Assembly: GCA_963840215.1 (NCBI GenBank)
Contig: CAWIYG010000001.1
Coordinates: 583,704 to 647,703 of the forward strand
Origin: an uncultured Gemmatimonadales bacterium
Lineage (GTDB): Bacteria; Gemmatimonadota; Gemmatimonadetes; Gemmatimonadales; GWC2-71-9
Reading direction: 5' to 3'
Length of the DNA: 64,000 bases
Both the position numbers and the translations under genes were made by a program. Within the stretch, counting starts at the first letter, position 1, and each line of letters starts with the position of its first letter. The notes under the pieces are model-generated. The model did no database searches, was not told where the DNA came from, and worked only from the letters and a program-made list of their open reading frames with translations. Shown here in pieces: positions 20,989 through 29,974 of this stretch.

Positions 20989-21617
20989 CCGGTCTGCGCG
21001 AGCGGGGCGTCGAGCTCTTTCGGCGCTTGGGTGCCGCTGCGGATCCCGGGCCGCTCGTCGACGCCCTGGTGGCCGCGTGGGCCCAGCCCGCGCGCCGCTA
21101 CCACGACATCCACCACCTCCGCGACTGCCTGGCGCAGCTGGACGACGCACCGGCCGACGGTGCCGATCGCAGCCGCGTGGAGGCGGCGCTCTGGTTCCAC
21201 GACGCCGTCTACGATCCGCTCGCCGGCGACAACGAAGCGCGGAGCGCCGGCTGGGCCCGGAGCGGACTCACGAGCGTCGGCATCGAGCCGGCCGTGGCTG
21301 ACGATATAGCCCGCCTCGTTCTGCTCACCGCCCACGCCGGCCCCGCGCCTGACCCGGCGGGTCAGCTGCTCTGCGACGTCGATCTCGCCGTGCTCGGAAG
21401 CGAACCAGACGCGTACGACGCGTATCAACGCCGCATCCGAGCCGAGTATGCATGGGTCCCGGAGGCGGACTACGGTGCGGCGCGGCGACGGGTGCTCGCG
21501 GGCCTGCTCGCGCGCTCCCCATTGTATCAGACCGCCCATTTCCGCCGGCGATACGAGGAACCCGCCCGGAAAAACCTGGCTCGGGCGCTCGCCGGGCTCG
21601 CGGCCGCCGGGACGTGA
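20985..21617 (+). CDS. HD-superfamily predicted metal-dependent phosphohydrolase
   Basis: RRYHDIHHL, WFHDAVYDP, DNEARSA, DVDLAVLG, IRAEY. Confidence 0.85.
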   Translation: MTGLRERGVELFRRLGAAADPGPLVDALVAAWAQPARRYHDIHHLRDCLAQLDDAPADGADRSRVEAALWFHDAVYDPLAGDNEARSAGWARSGLTSVGIEPAVADDIARLVLLTAHAGPAPDPAGQLLCDVDLAVLGSEPDAYDAYQRRIRAEYAWVPEADYGAARRRVLAGLLARSPLYQTAHFRRRYEEPARKNLARALAGLAAAGT

Positions 21618-21742
21618 CGCGCGTCACGTCCCGAGGTCGGCGGCGGGGGTTAGGTTCGCCGCTGGATTGGAGGAGGGGTGGATACGGGAGAATCTACACA
21701 TCAAGGTGGTGCCAGCGCGGTGCCGCCCATGGGAGGGACACC

Positions 21743-21943
21743 ATGAAGCGCTCATCGACGTTCCTGTTGGCCGCGCTGACGGCCATTGGCTTGGCCGCGT
21801 GCAACCCGCCACGGAACGACACGAACACGACCGGCGGATCCGAATCCGGGTCCATGGGCACCCCGGCCGACACCACGACCACGGGGACCGGCACCGCCCT
21901 TCCGGCGGACACCACCGCTACTGACACGGCGATGACGAAGTAG
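21743..21943 (+). CDS. Small disordered Thr-rich lipoprotein
   Basis: RBS GGAGG; MKRSSTFLLAALTAIGLAAC lipobox; T/D/G-rich tail. Confidence 0.75.
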   Translation: MKRSSTFLLAALTAIGLAACNPPRNDTNTTGGSESGSMGTPADTTTTGTGTALPADTTATDTAMTK

Positions 21944-21950
21944 GTCGCGC

Positions 21951-22015
21951 CCGAGGCACGACGCACGAGGGGCCCACCAGAGCAGGTGGGCCCCTCGTGT
22001 GCGTCGAGGCCTCGG
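21951..22015. terminator. Long GC hairpin after the small lipoprotein gene
   Basis: CCGAGGC..GACGCACGAGGGGCCCACC-agagca-GGTGGGCCCCTCGTGTGCGTC..GCCTCGG; no U tract. Confidence 0.55.
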
Positions 22016-22054
22016 CCAGCCCCCGCCGGCACCGCCGTCGATTATCTTCTGGCC

Positions 22055-22540
22055 ATGCCGATCCGCCGCTTCCTCCCCCTCTGTCTCGTCGCCGCGGCCT
22101 GCGGCAAGGCGGCAGACCGGGGCAGCCCCGCGTGCGGACTGGCGGCGTTGGCCGGCCCCACTGCCCTGCTCACGCAGTTCAGCGTGCCGCACCAGACCCT
22201 GAGCCGGCCGCCGGCGAAGCTCCCGGAGCGATTGGTCGCCCGGCTGGTCGCGGGGCCCGCGCTCCCGGCCATCGTCGGGCGCTCGGAGTCCCTGCTGGTC
22301 ATCGGCGTCGAGGGGGTCGTCCCGCCCGCGATCAAGCCCGCCTATGGGGTGCTCGTGCTGGACACCGCCGAGCAGGCGCGCGGCGTCATGCTGTTCGAGG
22401 GCCTCCCCGTCGAGGGCGCCCCGACGATCGGCACCATCAGCCTCGGCCCGGAGACGTTGCCTCTCATCGGCATTGAGCTGGACCCGGCCCGCATCGAGGA
22501 CCCCCGCTGCCCCTTCTTCCCCGACTCGGTCCTGCCGTGA
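22055..22540 (+). CDS. Hypothetical lipoprotein
   Basis: MPIRRFLPLCLVAAAC lipobox; GTGA overlap with the next gene. Confidence 0.7.
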   Translation: MPIRRFLPLCLVAAACGKAADRGSPACGLAALAGPTALLTQFSVPHQTLSRPPAKLPERLVARLVAGPALPAIVGRSESLLVIGVEGVVPPAIKPAYGVLVLDTAEQARGVMLFEGLPVEGAPTIGTISLGPETLPLIGIELDPARIEDPRCPFFPDSVLP

Positions 22541-23274
22541 CCGCGCCGAGGGTTGCCGTGAGCGGCGTGCTCCGGACCTGGGACGCCGCCGAGCGAACCG
22601 GCGTGAATGCCGCGTACGTGCGATCGGTGCTGAGCGCGGGTGGCGTCCCCATCATCCTGTCCCCCTTGCTGGGCGCGTCGTTTGCGATGCGCGCCCTCGA
22701 CGGGGTCGACGGCCTGCTGCTCAGCGGCGGCGAGGACATCCATCCGGCGTGGTATGGCGCGGATCCGTCGCCGCTGCTCTACCCTCCGAGCCGCGAGCGC
22801 GACCTGTTCGAGCTCGCACTGTTCGCCGCGGCCCGCCAGCGCGCGCTGCCCATCCTGGGCATCTGCCGCGGCATCCAATTGGTCAACGTGGCCCTGGGTG
22901 GCACCCTGTTTCAGGATTTGCCGTCGGAGCGCCCGGGGCCCGTGCCGCACGATCCCGGCGGCACCCGCGACGCGCGGTCACACGAGGTCCGCCTCCAGGA
23001 GGGCAGCCGCGCGGCCCGGGCCCTCGGGCGCACGAACCTGAGCGTGAACTCGTTCCATCATCAGGGCGTGGATCGGCTCGCGGGTGGCCTGGTCGCGTCG
23101 GGCTGGAGTGGGGACGGGCTGATCGAGGCGGCGGAGTCGACTGGAAGTTCGCCCTGGCTGCTGGCGGTGCAGTGGCACCCGGAGGAGATGCACGGGGACG
23201 GGACGGCGCCCGAGCGCGGCCTGTTCCGCGCCCTGGTCGAGGCCGCGGGCCGGAGCGCCGTGGCCACCGCCTGA
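22537..23274 (+). CDS. Peptidase C26 / gamma-glutamyl-GABA hydrolase family (class I glutamine amidotransferase)
   Basis: DGLLLSGGEDI, LGICRGIQ, VNSFHHQ, VQWHPE. Confidence 0.92.
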   Translation: MTAPRVAVSGVLRTWDAAERTGVNAAYVRSVLSAGGVPIILSPLLGASFAMRALDGVDGLLLSGGEDIHPAWYGADPSPLLYPPSRERDLFELALFAAARQRALPILGICRGIQLVNVALGGTLFQDLPSERPGPVPHDPGGTRDARSHEVRLQEGSRAARALGRTNLSVNSFHHQGVDRLAGGLVASGWSGDGLIEAAESTGSSPWLLAVQWHPEEMHGDGTAPERGLFRALVEAAGRSAVATA

Positions 23275-23287
23275 GCTGACGCCTGCG

Positions 23288-23998
23288 CTAGTGCGCCCCG
23301 AGATCCCGCAGGATCCGGTCCGGCGTGCACGCCGTCGGGAACAGCAGCCGGTCGCTCACTCCGTTCAGCGCCCCCCGCACCGAGGGGAACCGCTCGGCCA
23401 CCGTGCGCAGCACCGCACCGAGTCCATATGCGTCGGCAAGCGCGTGATCCGACGCCATGCCGAACCCCCGGCGACCGAGCGTGTCGTAGTAGGTGACGTC
23501 GGGCCCCGCTTTGCGCAGATGTCGCGCCGCGATATAATCGGGAAAGAGGCCGGCCAGCCAGAGCGCGTAGTTGCCCAGATGGACCATGACGCGGAACCGG
23601 CGCTCGCCGTCGCTCGCCTCGAGGTCGGCCAGGATGTCCACCAGGTAGCGGTGCTGCTGATCGTCGTGCCAGTCGATGCGCCAGGCGCGGTCGCGCTGGC
23701 CGAAGTCGAGCAGGAGGGCCGAGAGGTAATCGGCCAGTTCCCGGTCGTCGAGACCGGCATTCCGGAGCGCATGCCGCACGACGACGTAGAAGAACAACGC
23801 CTCCGAGGGGACCAGCATCGACCGCACCGTCAGCAGGCGTTCGAGCAGATCGGGCGAATCCAGCAGCGGATCCGGCCCTTCCGTCGCCAGCCGCCGCTCG
23901 TGAGAGGCCCGCCGGTGCGCGGAGCCGCGGCTCAGTAGCAGGATCACCAGCTGCAGGTCCGCCGCGGTCAGGCGGCCTCGCGTATTCGCCCGGATCAT
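23288..23998 (-). CDS. Hypothetical helical protein
   Basis: Strong RBS GAAGGAGGAG; globular-looking sequence (SEALFFYVVVRHAL, LADYLSALL, HLGNYALWLAGLFPDYI). Confidence 0.75.
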   Translation of the reverse strand: MIRANTRGRLTAADLQLVILLLSRGSAHRRASHERRLATEGPDPLLDSPDLLERLLTVRSMLVPSEALFFYVVVRHALRNAGLDDRELADYLSALLLDFGQRDRAWRIDWHDDQQHRYLVDILADLEASDGERRFRVMVHLGNYALWLAGLFPDYIAARHLRKAGPDVTYYDTLGRRGFGMASDHALADAYGLGAVLRTVAERFPSVRGALNGVSDRLLFPTACTPDRILRDLGAH

Positions 23999-25958
23999 GG
24001 TCACTCCTCCTTCAGCCAAGCCCGCCGCACCTACCCCGACGGACGACCTGACATTGCTCCGCCAGGTGACCGCGTTCGGTCAGGAGCTGGCCGGGACGCT
24101 CCGCCGCGCCTCGGTGATCGACCTGCTGCTCCGGCACATCAGGGAAAGCCTCTCGCCCACCGAGATCGCCCTCACCCTCTTTCACCGGGACGCCGACGCG
24201 CACGACTTCGTGCACGCCTGGCCCGCCGGCCGGCCCGACCGGCGCCCGCTCCTTCAGCTCATCGAGCGCCGCGGCGCGCTCATCCTGCCGGACGGTCTCG
24301 ATCCGCTCGTGGCCGCCGGCGACCTGCCGGCCCAGGACGACACCTCGGGATCGTGGCTCCTCGCTCCCTTCGTCGCCCGCGGCCGGGTGACGGGGGCCGT
24401 GGTCATTCGGGGCGAGCGCGGGCGCTTCGACGCCACCTCGCTATGGCTGCTGGAGGGGCTCGTCTCTCAGGCCAGCATCGCCCTCGAGAGCGCCCGCCTC
24501 GTGGACCTGCACGACGACGGGCGCCGCTCCTGGCAGGAGGTGGTGGACGCCATCTCCCCCGCCCTCTGCATCGTCGACCGCGGCGGACGGATTCGCCGGG
24601 CCAACCGTGCCTTTGCCGACCTGGTGAATGCCCCGCCCGCGAGCCTGATCGGCCGCCCGTGGCAGGCGTTCATCCCGCCCGAGTGGGCTGCCGAACTGCA
24701 GCGGGCCCTGGAGCAGCAAGGAGCGGGCCGCGAGGTCGACCTGCGCACCGGCGACCAGACCTATGCGGTTACCGCCGTGCCGATTACCAGCACCGACCGA
24801 TCCGCCCTCGTGCTCCTCTTCGATGATCAGACGGAGCGGCGGCGTTTGCAAGACCAGCTCATCCAGTCGGAAAAAATGTCCGCCATCGGCCAGCTGATCG
24901 CGGGCATCGCGCACGACCTGAACAACCCGCTCGCCTCGGTCGTCGGCTTTGCCGACTTCCTGGGCGAGGTCCCCAATGTGCCGCCGTCGCTCCGGGAGCC
25001 TCTCACCGTTATCCGCGAGGAGGCCGAGCGGGCCTCGAACATCGTCAAGAACCTCCTCAGCTTCGCCCGGAAGCAGGAGCACCAGCGGCGCCCCACCGCC
25101 CTCCCGCCGCTGCTCGACGCCACGTTCGTGCTGCTGCGCAATCAGCTCATGGCCCACCGCGCCGAGGCCCAGATCGAGATCGAGCCCGATCTGCCGATGC
25201 CCGACATCGACCCCAACCAGATCCAGCAGGTGTTCGTCAACCTGCTCAACAATGCGTCCCAGGCCATCGCGAGCACCGGGCGCCCCGGCCGCGTGATCGT
25301 CCGCGCCCGCCGATGGCTCGACGGCGTGGCGGTCGACGTGATCGACGACGGGCCGGGCATGTCGGAGACGCTCGCCGCCCAGGTGTTCGAGCCCTTCTTC
25401 ACCACCAAACCCGAGGGCGAGGGTACCGGGCTCGGGCTCTCGATCAGCCAGGGCATCGTCCGCGAGCACGGGGGCCGGATCATGCTCGCCACCGAGGAGG
25501 GCGGCGGATCGACCTTCACGGTCCAGCTGCCGCTCTCCACCCGGCCGCCCGCCCCGACCCCCGACACCGGGGTCGGTACCCCAACTAAGCGCCTTCGGGT
25601 CCTCGTCGTCGACGACGAGCCTCACATCCTGCACTACATGCACGCCACACTCGAGGCGTGGGGCCACGTCCCCGTCGTGGCGCGCAACGGCCGGGAAGGA
25701 CTCGAGCTGGCCGATCGCGAGCGCTTCGACCTGATCATCTCGGACCTCCGCATGCCCGAGCTCGGCGGGCGGGAGTTCTACGAGGAGCTCGTGCGCCGGC
25801 ATCCGGAGCTCGCGGCCCGGCTGGTCTTCAGCACCGGCGACACCGTTCGCGGCGACACGCTCGCCTTCCTCGAGAGCCTGGACCGCCCCTACCTTCACAA
25901 GCCGTTCAGCCTCGCCGAGCTGCGCACCCTGCTGGCGGCGGTGGCGCGGGAGGCGTGA
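23997..25958 (+). CDS. Hybrid sensor histidine kinase (GAF-PAS-HisKA-HATPase-REC)
   Basis: EKMSAIGQLIAGIAHDLNNPL, QVFVNLLNNA, DDGPG, FFTTK, GTGLGL, VVDDE, SDLRMP, KPF; start uncertain. Confidence 0.93.
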   Translation: MVTPPSAKPAAPTPTDDLTLLRQVTAFGQELAGTLRRASVIDLLLRHIRESLSPTEIALTLFHRDADAHDFVHAWPAGRPDRRPLLQLIERRGALILPDGLDPLVAAGDLPAQDDTSGSWLLAPFVARGRVTGAVVIRGERGRFDATSLWLLEGLVSQASIALESARLVDLHDDGRRSWQEVVDAISPALCIVDRGGRIRRANRAFADLVNAPPASLIGRPWQAFIPPEWAAELQRALEQQGAGREVDLRTGDQTYAVTAVPITSTDRSALVLLFDDQTERRRLQDQLIQSEKMSAIGQLIAGIAHDLNNPLASVVGFADFLGEVPNVPPSLREPLTVIREEAERASNIVKNLLSFARKQEHQRRPTALPPLLDATFVLLRNQLMAHRAEAQIEIEPDLPMPDIDPNQIQQVFVNLLNNASQAIASTGRPGRVIVRARRWLDGVAVDVIDDGPGMSETLAAQVFEPFFTTKPEGEGTGLGLSISQGIVREHGGRIMLATEEGGGSTFTVQLPLSTRPPAPTPDTGVGTPTKRLRVLVVDDEPHILHYMHATLEAWGHVPVVARNGREGLELADRERFDLIISDLRMPELGGREFYEELVRRHPELAARLVFSTGDTVRGDTLAFLESLDRPYLHKPFSLAELRTLLAAVAREA

Positions 25959-27028
25959 CCCCGCGCGTCGTCCATGTCGCGTCGGGGCGCGAGTGGCGAG
26001 GCGGCCAGCGCCAGGTCTGGCTGCTCGCGCGCGAGCTGGCGCGGCTGGGGGACGTGCCGCAGGTGGTGGTGACCGGCCGCGGCAGCGAGCTCGCGGCCCG
26101 GCTCGAGCGCGACGGCGTGCCGGTGCGGTCCGTCGCCTGGGGCATGGGCCTGGACCTCCGGGTGCTGCCGGCCCTCATCGCCGAGCTCCGGCGTGGGCCG
26201 GCGCTGGTCCACGCCCACGATGCCCACGCCGTCACCCTCGGCGGCGCCGCGGCGCGACTCACGGGCCGGCCGCTCGTGGCGACGCGCCGGGTGGACTTCC
26301 CGCTCCGCCGGACCGCCTTCTGGGGACGGGCGTCGCGGGTCATCGCGATCTCCCACGCCGTCGCCGAGGTGCTCGTCGCCGACGGCATCCCGCGCGAGCG
26401 CATCACGGTGATCCACTCCGGGGTGGATATCGACGAGCTCCGGCGGACCACCCGGCTTGGGATACGGGACCGGCTCGGGCTTCCGCCCGCGACCCTCGTC
26501 GCGGCGAATGTCGCCGCGCTGGTCCCACACAAGGACCACGCGACCCTGCTCCGGACGGCAGCGGCGCTCACCGACCGGCTGCCGAACCTGCACTGGGCCG
26601 TCGCGGGTGAGGGGCCGGAGCGGGAAGCCCTGGAGCGCCTGCGGGCGACGCTCGGGCTCGAGCACCGCGTCCACTTTCTGGGCCACGTGGAGGCGCCCGC
26701 TCGCCTCGTCGCCGACGCGGACTGCTTCGTCATGAGCTCGCGCGAGGAAGGACTGGGCACGTCCGTGCTGGACGCGATGGCGCTTGGCATCCCGGTTGCG
26801 TCCACCACCGCGGGCGGCCTCCCGGAGATGCTGCAGGAGGGTGCAGGGGTACTCGCTGCCCCGAACGACCCCGACGCCCTGGCGGAGGCCGTGGCGCGGC
26901 TGCTCACGGAGCCCGGCCTCGCGCTGGAAGTGGCTCGACGGGCGACCGCCGCCGTCGAGCGGTTCACGGCGCCGCGGATGGCAGAGGCGGTTCGATCGGT
27001 GTATCGTTCGTGCGTCTCATTTCCTTGA
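25955..27028 (+). CDS. Glycosyltransferase family 4
   Basis: WRGGQRQV, HAH, ALVPHKDH, SREEGLGTSVLDAM. Confidence 0.9.
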   Translation: MTPRVVHVASGREWRGGQRQVWLLARELARLGDVPQVVVTGRGSELAARLERDGVPVRSVAWGMGLDLRVLPALIAELRRGPALVHAHDAHAVTLGGAAARLTGRPLVATRRVDFPLRRTAFWGRASRVIAISHAVAEVLVADGIPRERITVIHSGVDIDELRRTTRLGIRDRLGLPPATLVAANVAALVPHKDHATLLRTAAALTDRLPNLHWAVAGEGPEREALERLRATLGLEHRVHFLGHVEAPARLVADADCFVMSSREEGLGTSVLDAMALGIPVASTTAGGLPEMLQEGAGVLAAPNDPDALAEAVARLLTEPGLALEVARRATAAVERFTAPRMAEAVRSVYRSCVSFP

Positions 27029-27034
27029 CGGGTC

Positions 27035-27826
27035 ATGATTTACGTCTGCATTCCGAGCTACGACGAAGCCCCGACGGTGGGGTTGCTTCTGTGGAAGATT
27101 CGCCAGGTCTTCGCGGCCTTCCCGCGCGAGTACCAGCTGCTGGTGCTCGATGACGGGTCCACGGACTCCACCACGGAGATCCTCGAGCCCTACGCCCGAG
27201 TGCTGCCGCTGACGATCGTCCGTCATCCCGAGCGGCGCGGCTACGCGGCGTCGGTCGAGGCGCTGCTGCGCCGCGCGGTGGATCTCACCGATCGCCCCAA
27301 GCGCGACACGGCGATTCTCATGCACGCCGACTTCACCCACAATCCTCAGACCATCCCCGACCTCGTCCGTCGCATCGAGAGCGGCGCCGACATGGTGGTG
27401 ACCGAAGGGCGGCTCGAGGGCGAGCCATCCCGCGCCAGCGCGCTCCTGCGCCGCCACGCCTCCTCGCTCCTGCGCGGGGTCGTCACGGTGCCTCACGTGC
27501 GCGACCTGGTGTCGGGGTTCGCGGCCTTCCGCCTGGTGACGCTCCGCAATGCGATCCGGAGCCAGGCCGATCGCCTCCTCGTGACCGATGGGTGGGCGGC
27601 CAACGCTGAGCTCTACTGGCGGGCCGGTCGCTACTCCCGGCGGGTGGAGTCGGTGCCGTCGTCCGAGCGGCACGACCTCCGGGGCCGGGCCTCGCGTGCC
27701 CAGCCATGGCCCACGGTCGCGGCACTGTGGTCCGCGCGGCGGGCGCTGCGGGCCGCGCCCGTGCCGCCGGCACCGCCCGAGCCGACGGTCAAGCGCGAGA
27801 TCGAGGCCGAGGCGGTCTCCTCGTGA
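27035..27826 (+). CDS. Glycosyltransferase family 2 (polyprenyl-phosphate GT-like)
   Basis: VCIPSYDE, LDDGSTDST, MHADFTH at the DxD position, D..SGF. Confidence 0.82.
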   Translation: MIYVCIPSYDEAPTVGLLLWKIRQVFAAFPREYQLLVLDDGSTDSTTEILEPYARVLPLTIVRHPERRGYAASVEALLRRAVDLTDRPKRDTAILMHADFTHNPQTIPDLVRRIESGADMVVTEGRLEGEPSRASALLRRHASSLLRGVVTVPHVRDLVSGFAAFRLVTLRNAIRSQADRLLVTDGWAANAELYWRAGRYSRRVESVPSSERHDLRGRASRAQPWPTVAALWSARRALRAAPVPPAPPEPTVKREIEAEAVSS

Positions 27827-28608
27827 GCACGCTGCTGCTGGCCCTCGCGCTGCTGCAGGGGGCGCCGCCGGCCTCACCCCAGCCAGCGGCGCCGCAGGCG
27901 ACCCCATCCCAGACCCCGGCGCCGGCCTATCCCTGGGCGGTCGGTGAGAAACTGACCTATTCAGCCAAGCTCGGCATGCTCTCGCTCGGGAGCGGCACGC
28001 TCGAGGTCGCCCGGATCGACACCGTGCGTGGAGCGGAGTCCTTCCGCTTCCGGTTCCGCCTCCAGGGCAAGAGCATCGTGTACTCCCTGGACGACATCCT
28101 CGAGTCGTATGTCGGCACCCGCGATCTCGTCTCCCGTCGGTTCGTGCAGGATTTCACGGAGAACAAGAAGCCGAAGCACCGACGCTTCGAGATCTATCCG
28201 GACTCGGGGTTCTTCCTCGAAGAGGGTCACCCCGAGCGAAAGCCGACGCCGCCCGATCCGCTCGACGACGCCGCCTTCTTCTATTTCGTGCGCGTCACGC
28301 CCCTGGAGGTCGGCAAGAAGTACGTGTACAACCGGTACTTCCGGAAAGAGAAGAATCCGGTCACCATCCAGGTGACGAAGCGCGAGAAGCTCGAGCTGCC
28401 GGACGGCCGCACGGTCGACTGCCTGGTGCTCCATCCCGTGATCGACACCAAGGGCATGTTCTCGAAGCGGTCCGACACGCGGATCTGGCTCACGGACGAC
28501 GCCCGCCGACTGCCGGTGCAGATCCGGAGCAAGTTTCCGTTCGGCACCATCACGCTCCGCCTCAAGGAGATGGTGCTGCCCCCCGCGACTACCGCCGCGG
28601 GCCGGTAG
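27823..28608 (+). CDS. DUF3108 domain exported protein
   Basis: Signal peptide; GEKLTYSA, IWLTDDARRLPVQIRSKFPFGTITLRL. Confidence 0.8.
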   Translation: MSTLLLALALLQGAPPASPQPAAPQATPSQTPAPAYPWAVGEKLTYSAKLGMLSLGSGTLEVARIDTVRGAESFRFRFRLQGKSIVYSLDDILESYVGTRDLVSRRFVQDFTENKKPKHRRFEIYPDSGFFLEEGHPERKPTPPDPLDDAAFFYFVRVTPLEVGKKYVYNRYFRKEKNPVTIQVTKREKLELPDGRTVDCLVLHPVIDTKGMFSKRSDTRIWLTDDARRLPVQIRSKFPFGTITLRLKEMVLPPATTAAGR

Positions 28609-28610
28609 GC

Positions 28611-29567
28611 GTGCCCTATCGCGAGGCCGACCTGAGCCGCGTGACCACGGTCCCCGTGGCCGGACGGCACAACAAGGTGGACCCCTCGCTGCTCGCCGCG
28701 CCGCCCGGCGCGGACCGCTCCTTCGCCGCCTTCCTCGCCGCGCTTCCCGACGTGCTCGCCGCTCGCGACCTCCGTGCGGTCATCGCCGGCGTCGCCGCCG
28801 CCGCCCGCGCCGGACGCGGCGTCGTCCTGCTGGTCGGCGGGCACGTCGTGAAGGTCGGGCTGGGACCGCTCCTGGGCACGCTGGTCGCGCGCGGCGTCGT
28901 GACCCACGTCGCGCTCAACGGCGCGGCGGCGATTCACGACTTCGAGCTGGCCGCGTTCGGCGGCACCAGCGAGGACGTGGAGAGCGGGCTGGCCGACGGC
29001 AGCTTCGGGATGGCGGAGGAGACGGGGGCGGAGATGAACGCGGCCATCGGCGCGGCCGAGCGCGCCGGCCAGGGCATGGGGGAAGGCCTCGCCCGGGCGC
29101 TCGCCGCGCGGACCCCGCTGCCCGGCCGCGACGCGTCGATCCTGCTCGCGGCCCATGAGCGGGACGTCCCGGTGACCGTCCATGCCGCGATCGGCGCCGA
29201 GATCATCCACCAGCACCCCACCGCCGACGGCGCCGCGATCGGCGCCACGAGCCACCGCGACTTCCGCCGCCTGGCGGGCTCCCTTCCCGCGCTCGACCAC
29301 GGCGGGGTGGTGCTCAACCTCGGCAGCGCCGTCGTCCTGCCCGAGGTGTTCCTCAAGGCGCTCACCATCGCCCGGAATCTCGAGCACGGCTCACCGACCC
29401 ACTTTCTCGCCGCCGACTTCGACATGCAGCGCCACTACCGGCCGCGGCTCAACGTCGTCCAGCGGCCGACGCGCGCGGGGGGCGAGGGCTACCTGCTCAC
29501 GGGGCATCACGAGCTGATGCTGCCCCTGCTCGTCTGGGGAGTGCTGGAGGCGCTGGGCTCAGGCTGA
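28611..29567 (+). CDS. Protein of unknown function, deoxyhypusine-synthase-like fold
   Basis: GGHVVKVGL, NGAAAIHDFE, TSEDV, GSAVVLPEVFLKA, HYRP, GHHELMLPLL; fold assigned from family recall only. Confidence 0.6.
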   Translation: MPYREADLSRVTTVPVAGRHNKVDPSLLAAPPGADRSFAAFLAALPDVLAARDLRAVIAGVAAAARAGRGVVLLVGGHVVKVGLGPLLGTLVARGVVTHVALNGAAAIHDFELAAFGGTSEDVESGLADGSFGMAEETGAEMNAAIGAAERAGQGMGEGLARALAARTPLPGRDASILLAAHERDVPVTVHAAIGAEIIHQHPTADGAAIGATSHRDFRRLAGSLPALDHGGVVLNLGSAVVLPEVFLKALTIARNLEHGSPTHFLAADFDMQRHYRPRLNVVQRPTRAGGEGYLLTGHHELMLPLLVWGVLEALGSG

Positions 29568-29580
29568 GGAAACGGCCCGT

Positions 29581-29658
29581 CGTCCCGAGCGCAACGAGGG
29601 ACCTGCTCCCGCGGGCATCGAACCCCGGAGGATCAGGTCCCTCGTTGCGCTCGGGACG
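29581..29658. repeat. REP-like inverted repeat between convergent genes
   Basis: Perfect 25-bp arms CGTCCCGAGCGCAACGAGGGACCTG (29581-29605) and its reverse complement (29634-29658). Confidence 0.85.
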
Positions 29659-29685
29659 GTTCCGCCTGGCGACAGCGACGCGCCG

Positions 29686-29901
29686 CTACATGGCCGGCCG
29701 CCCCGCGATCATCTCCCGGACCCGGGCCGCCGTGTCCGGCGCGATCAGCTTGAGCACCAGGTAGATCAGGAAGCCGATGAAGGCGAACCAGGCCACGGTC
29801 ACCAGCAGCCCGATCAGCAGGCCGAACAGGCCCAGGAACACCTTGAACAGGAACACGGCGATAACAGCGAAGATCGCGAACCCAAGCAGGCTCCGGAACA
29901 T
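29686..29901 (-). CDS. Small membrane protein (2 TM)
   Basis: MFRSLLGFAIFAVIAVFLFKVFLG...; hydrophobic hairpin with its own ECF-type promoter. Confidence 0.8.
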   Translation of the reverse strand: MFRSLLGFAIFAVIAVFLFKVFLGLFGLLIGLLVTVAWFAFIGFLIYLVLKLIAPDTAARVREMIAGRPAM

Positions 29902-29936
29902 GGTAGTTTCCCTCGGGGAAGCGGGTCAGCGCGTCC

Positions 29937-29963
29937 TACGTGCGCACGTTTCAAATAGTTTCA
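29937..29963 (-). promoter_or_regulatory. ECF (SigW/SigM-like) promoter
   Basis: Minus strand TGAAAC-17 nt-CGTA in an AT-rich patch, 35 nt upstream of the small membrane gene. Confidence 0.65.
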
Positions 29964-29974
29964 TAGGAATATAA

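Noticed and set aside
29902-29974. TPP riboswitch upstream of thiO
   Set aside because: The gap is only 73 nt and lacks the CTGAGA core.
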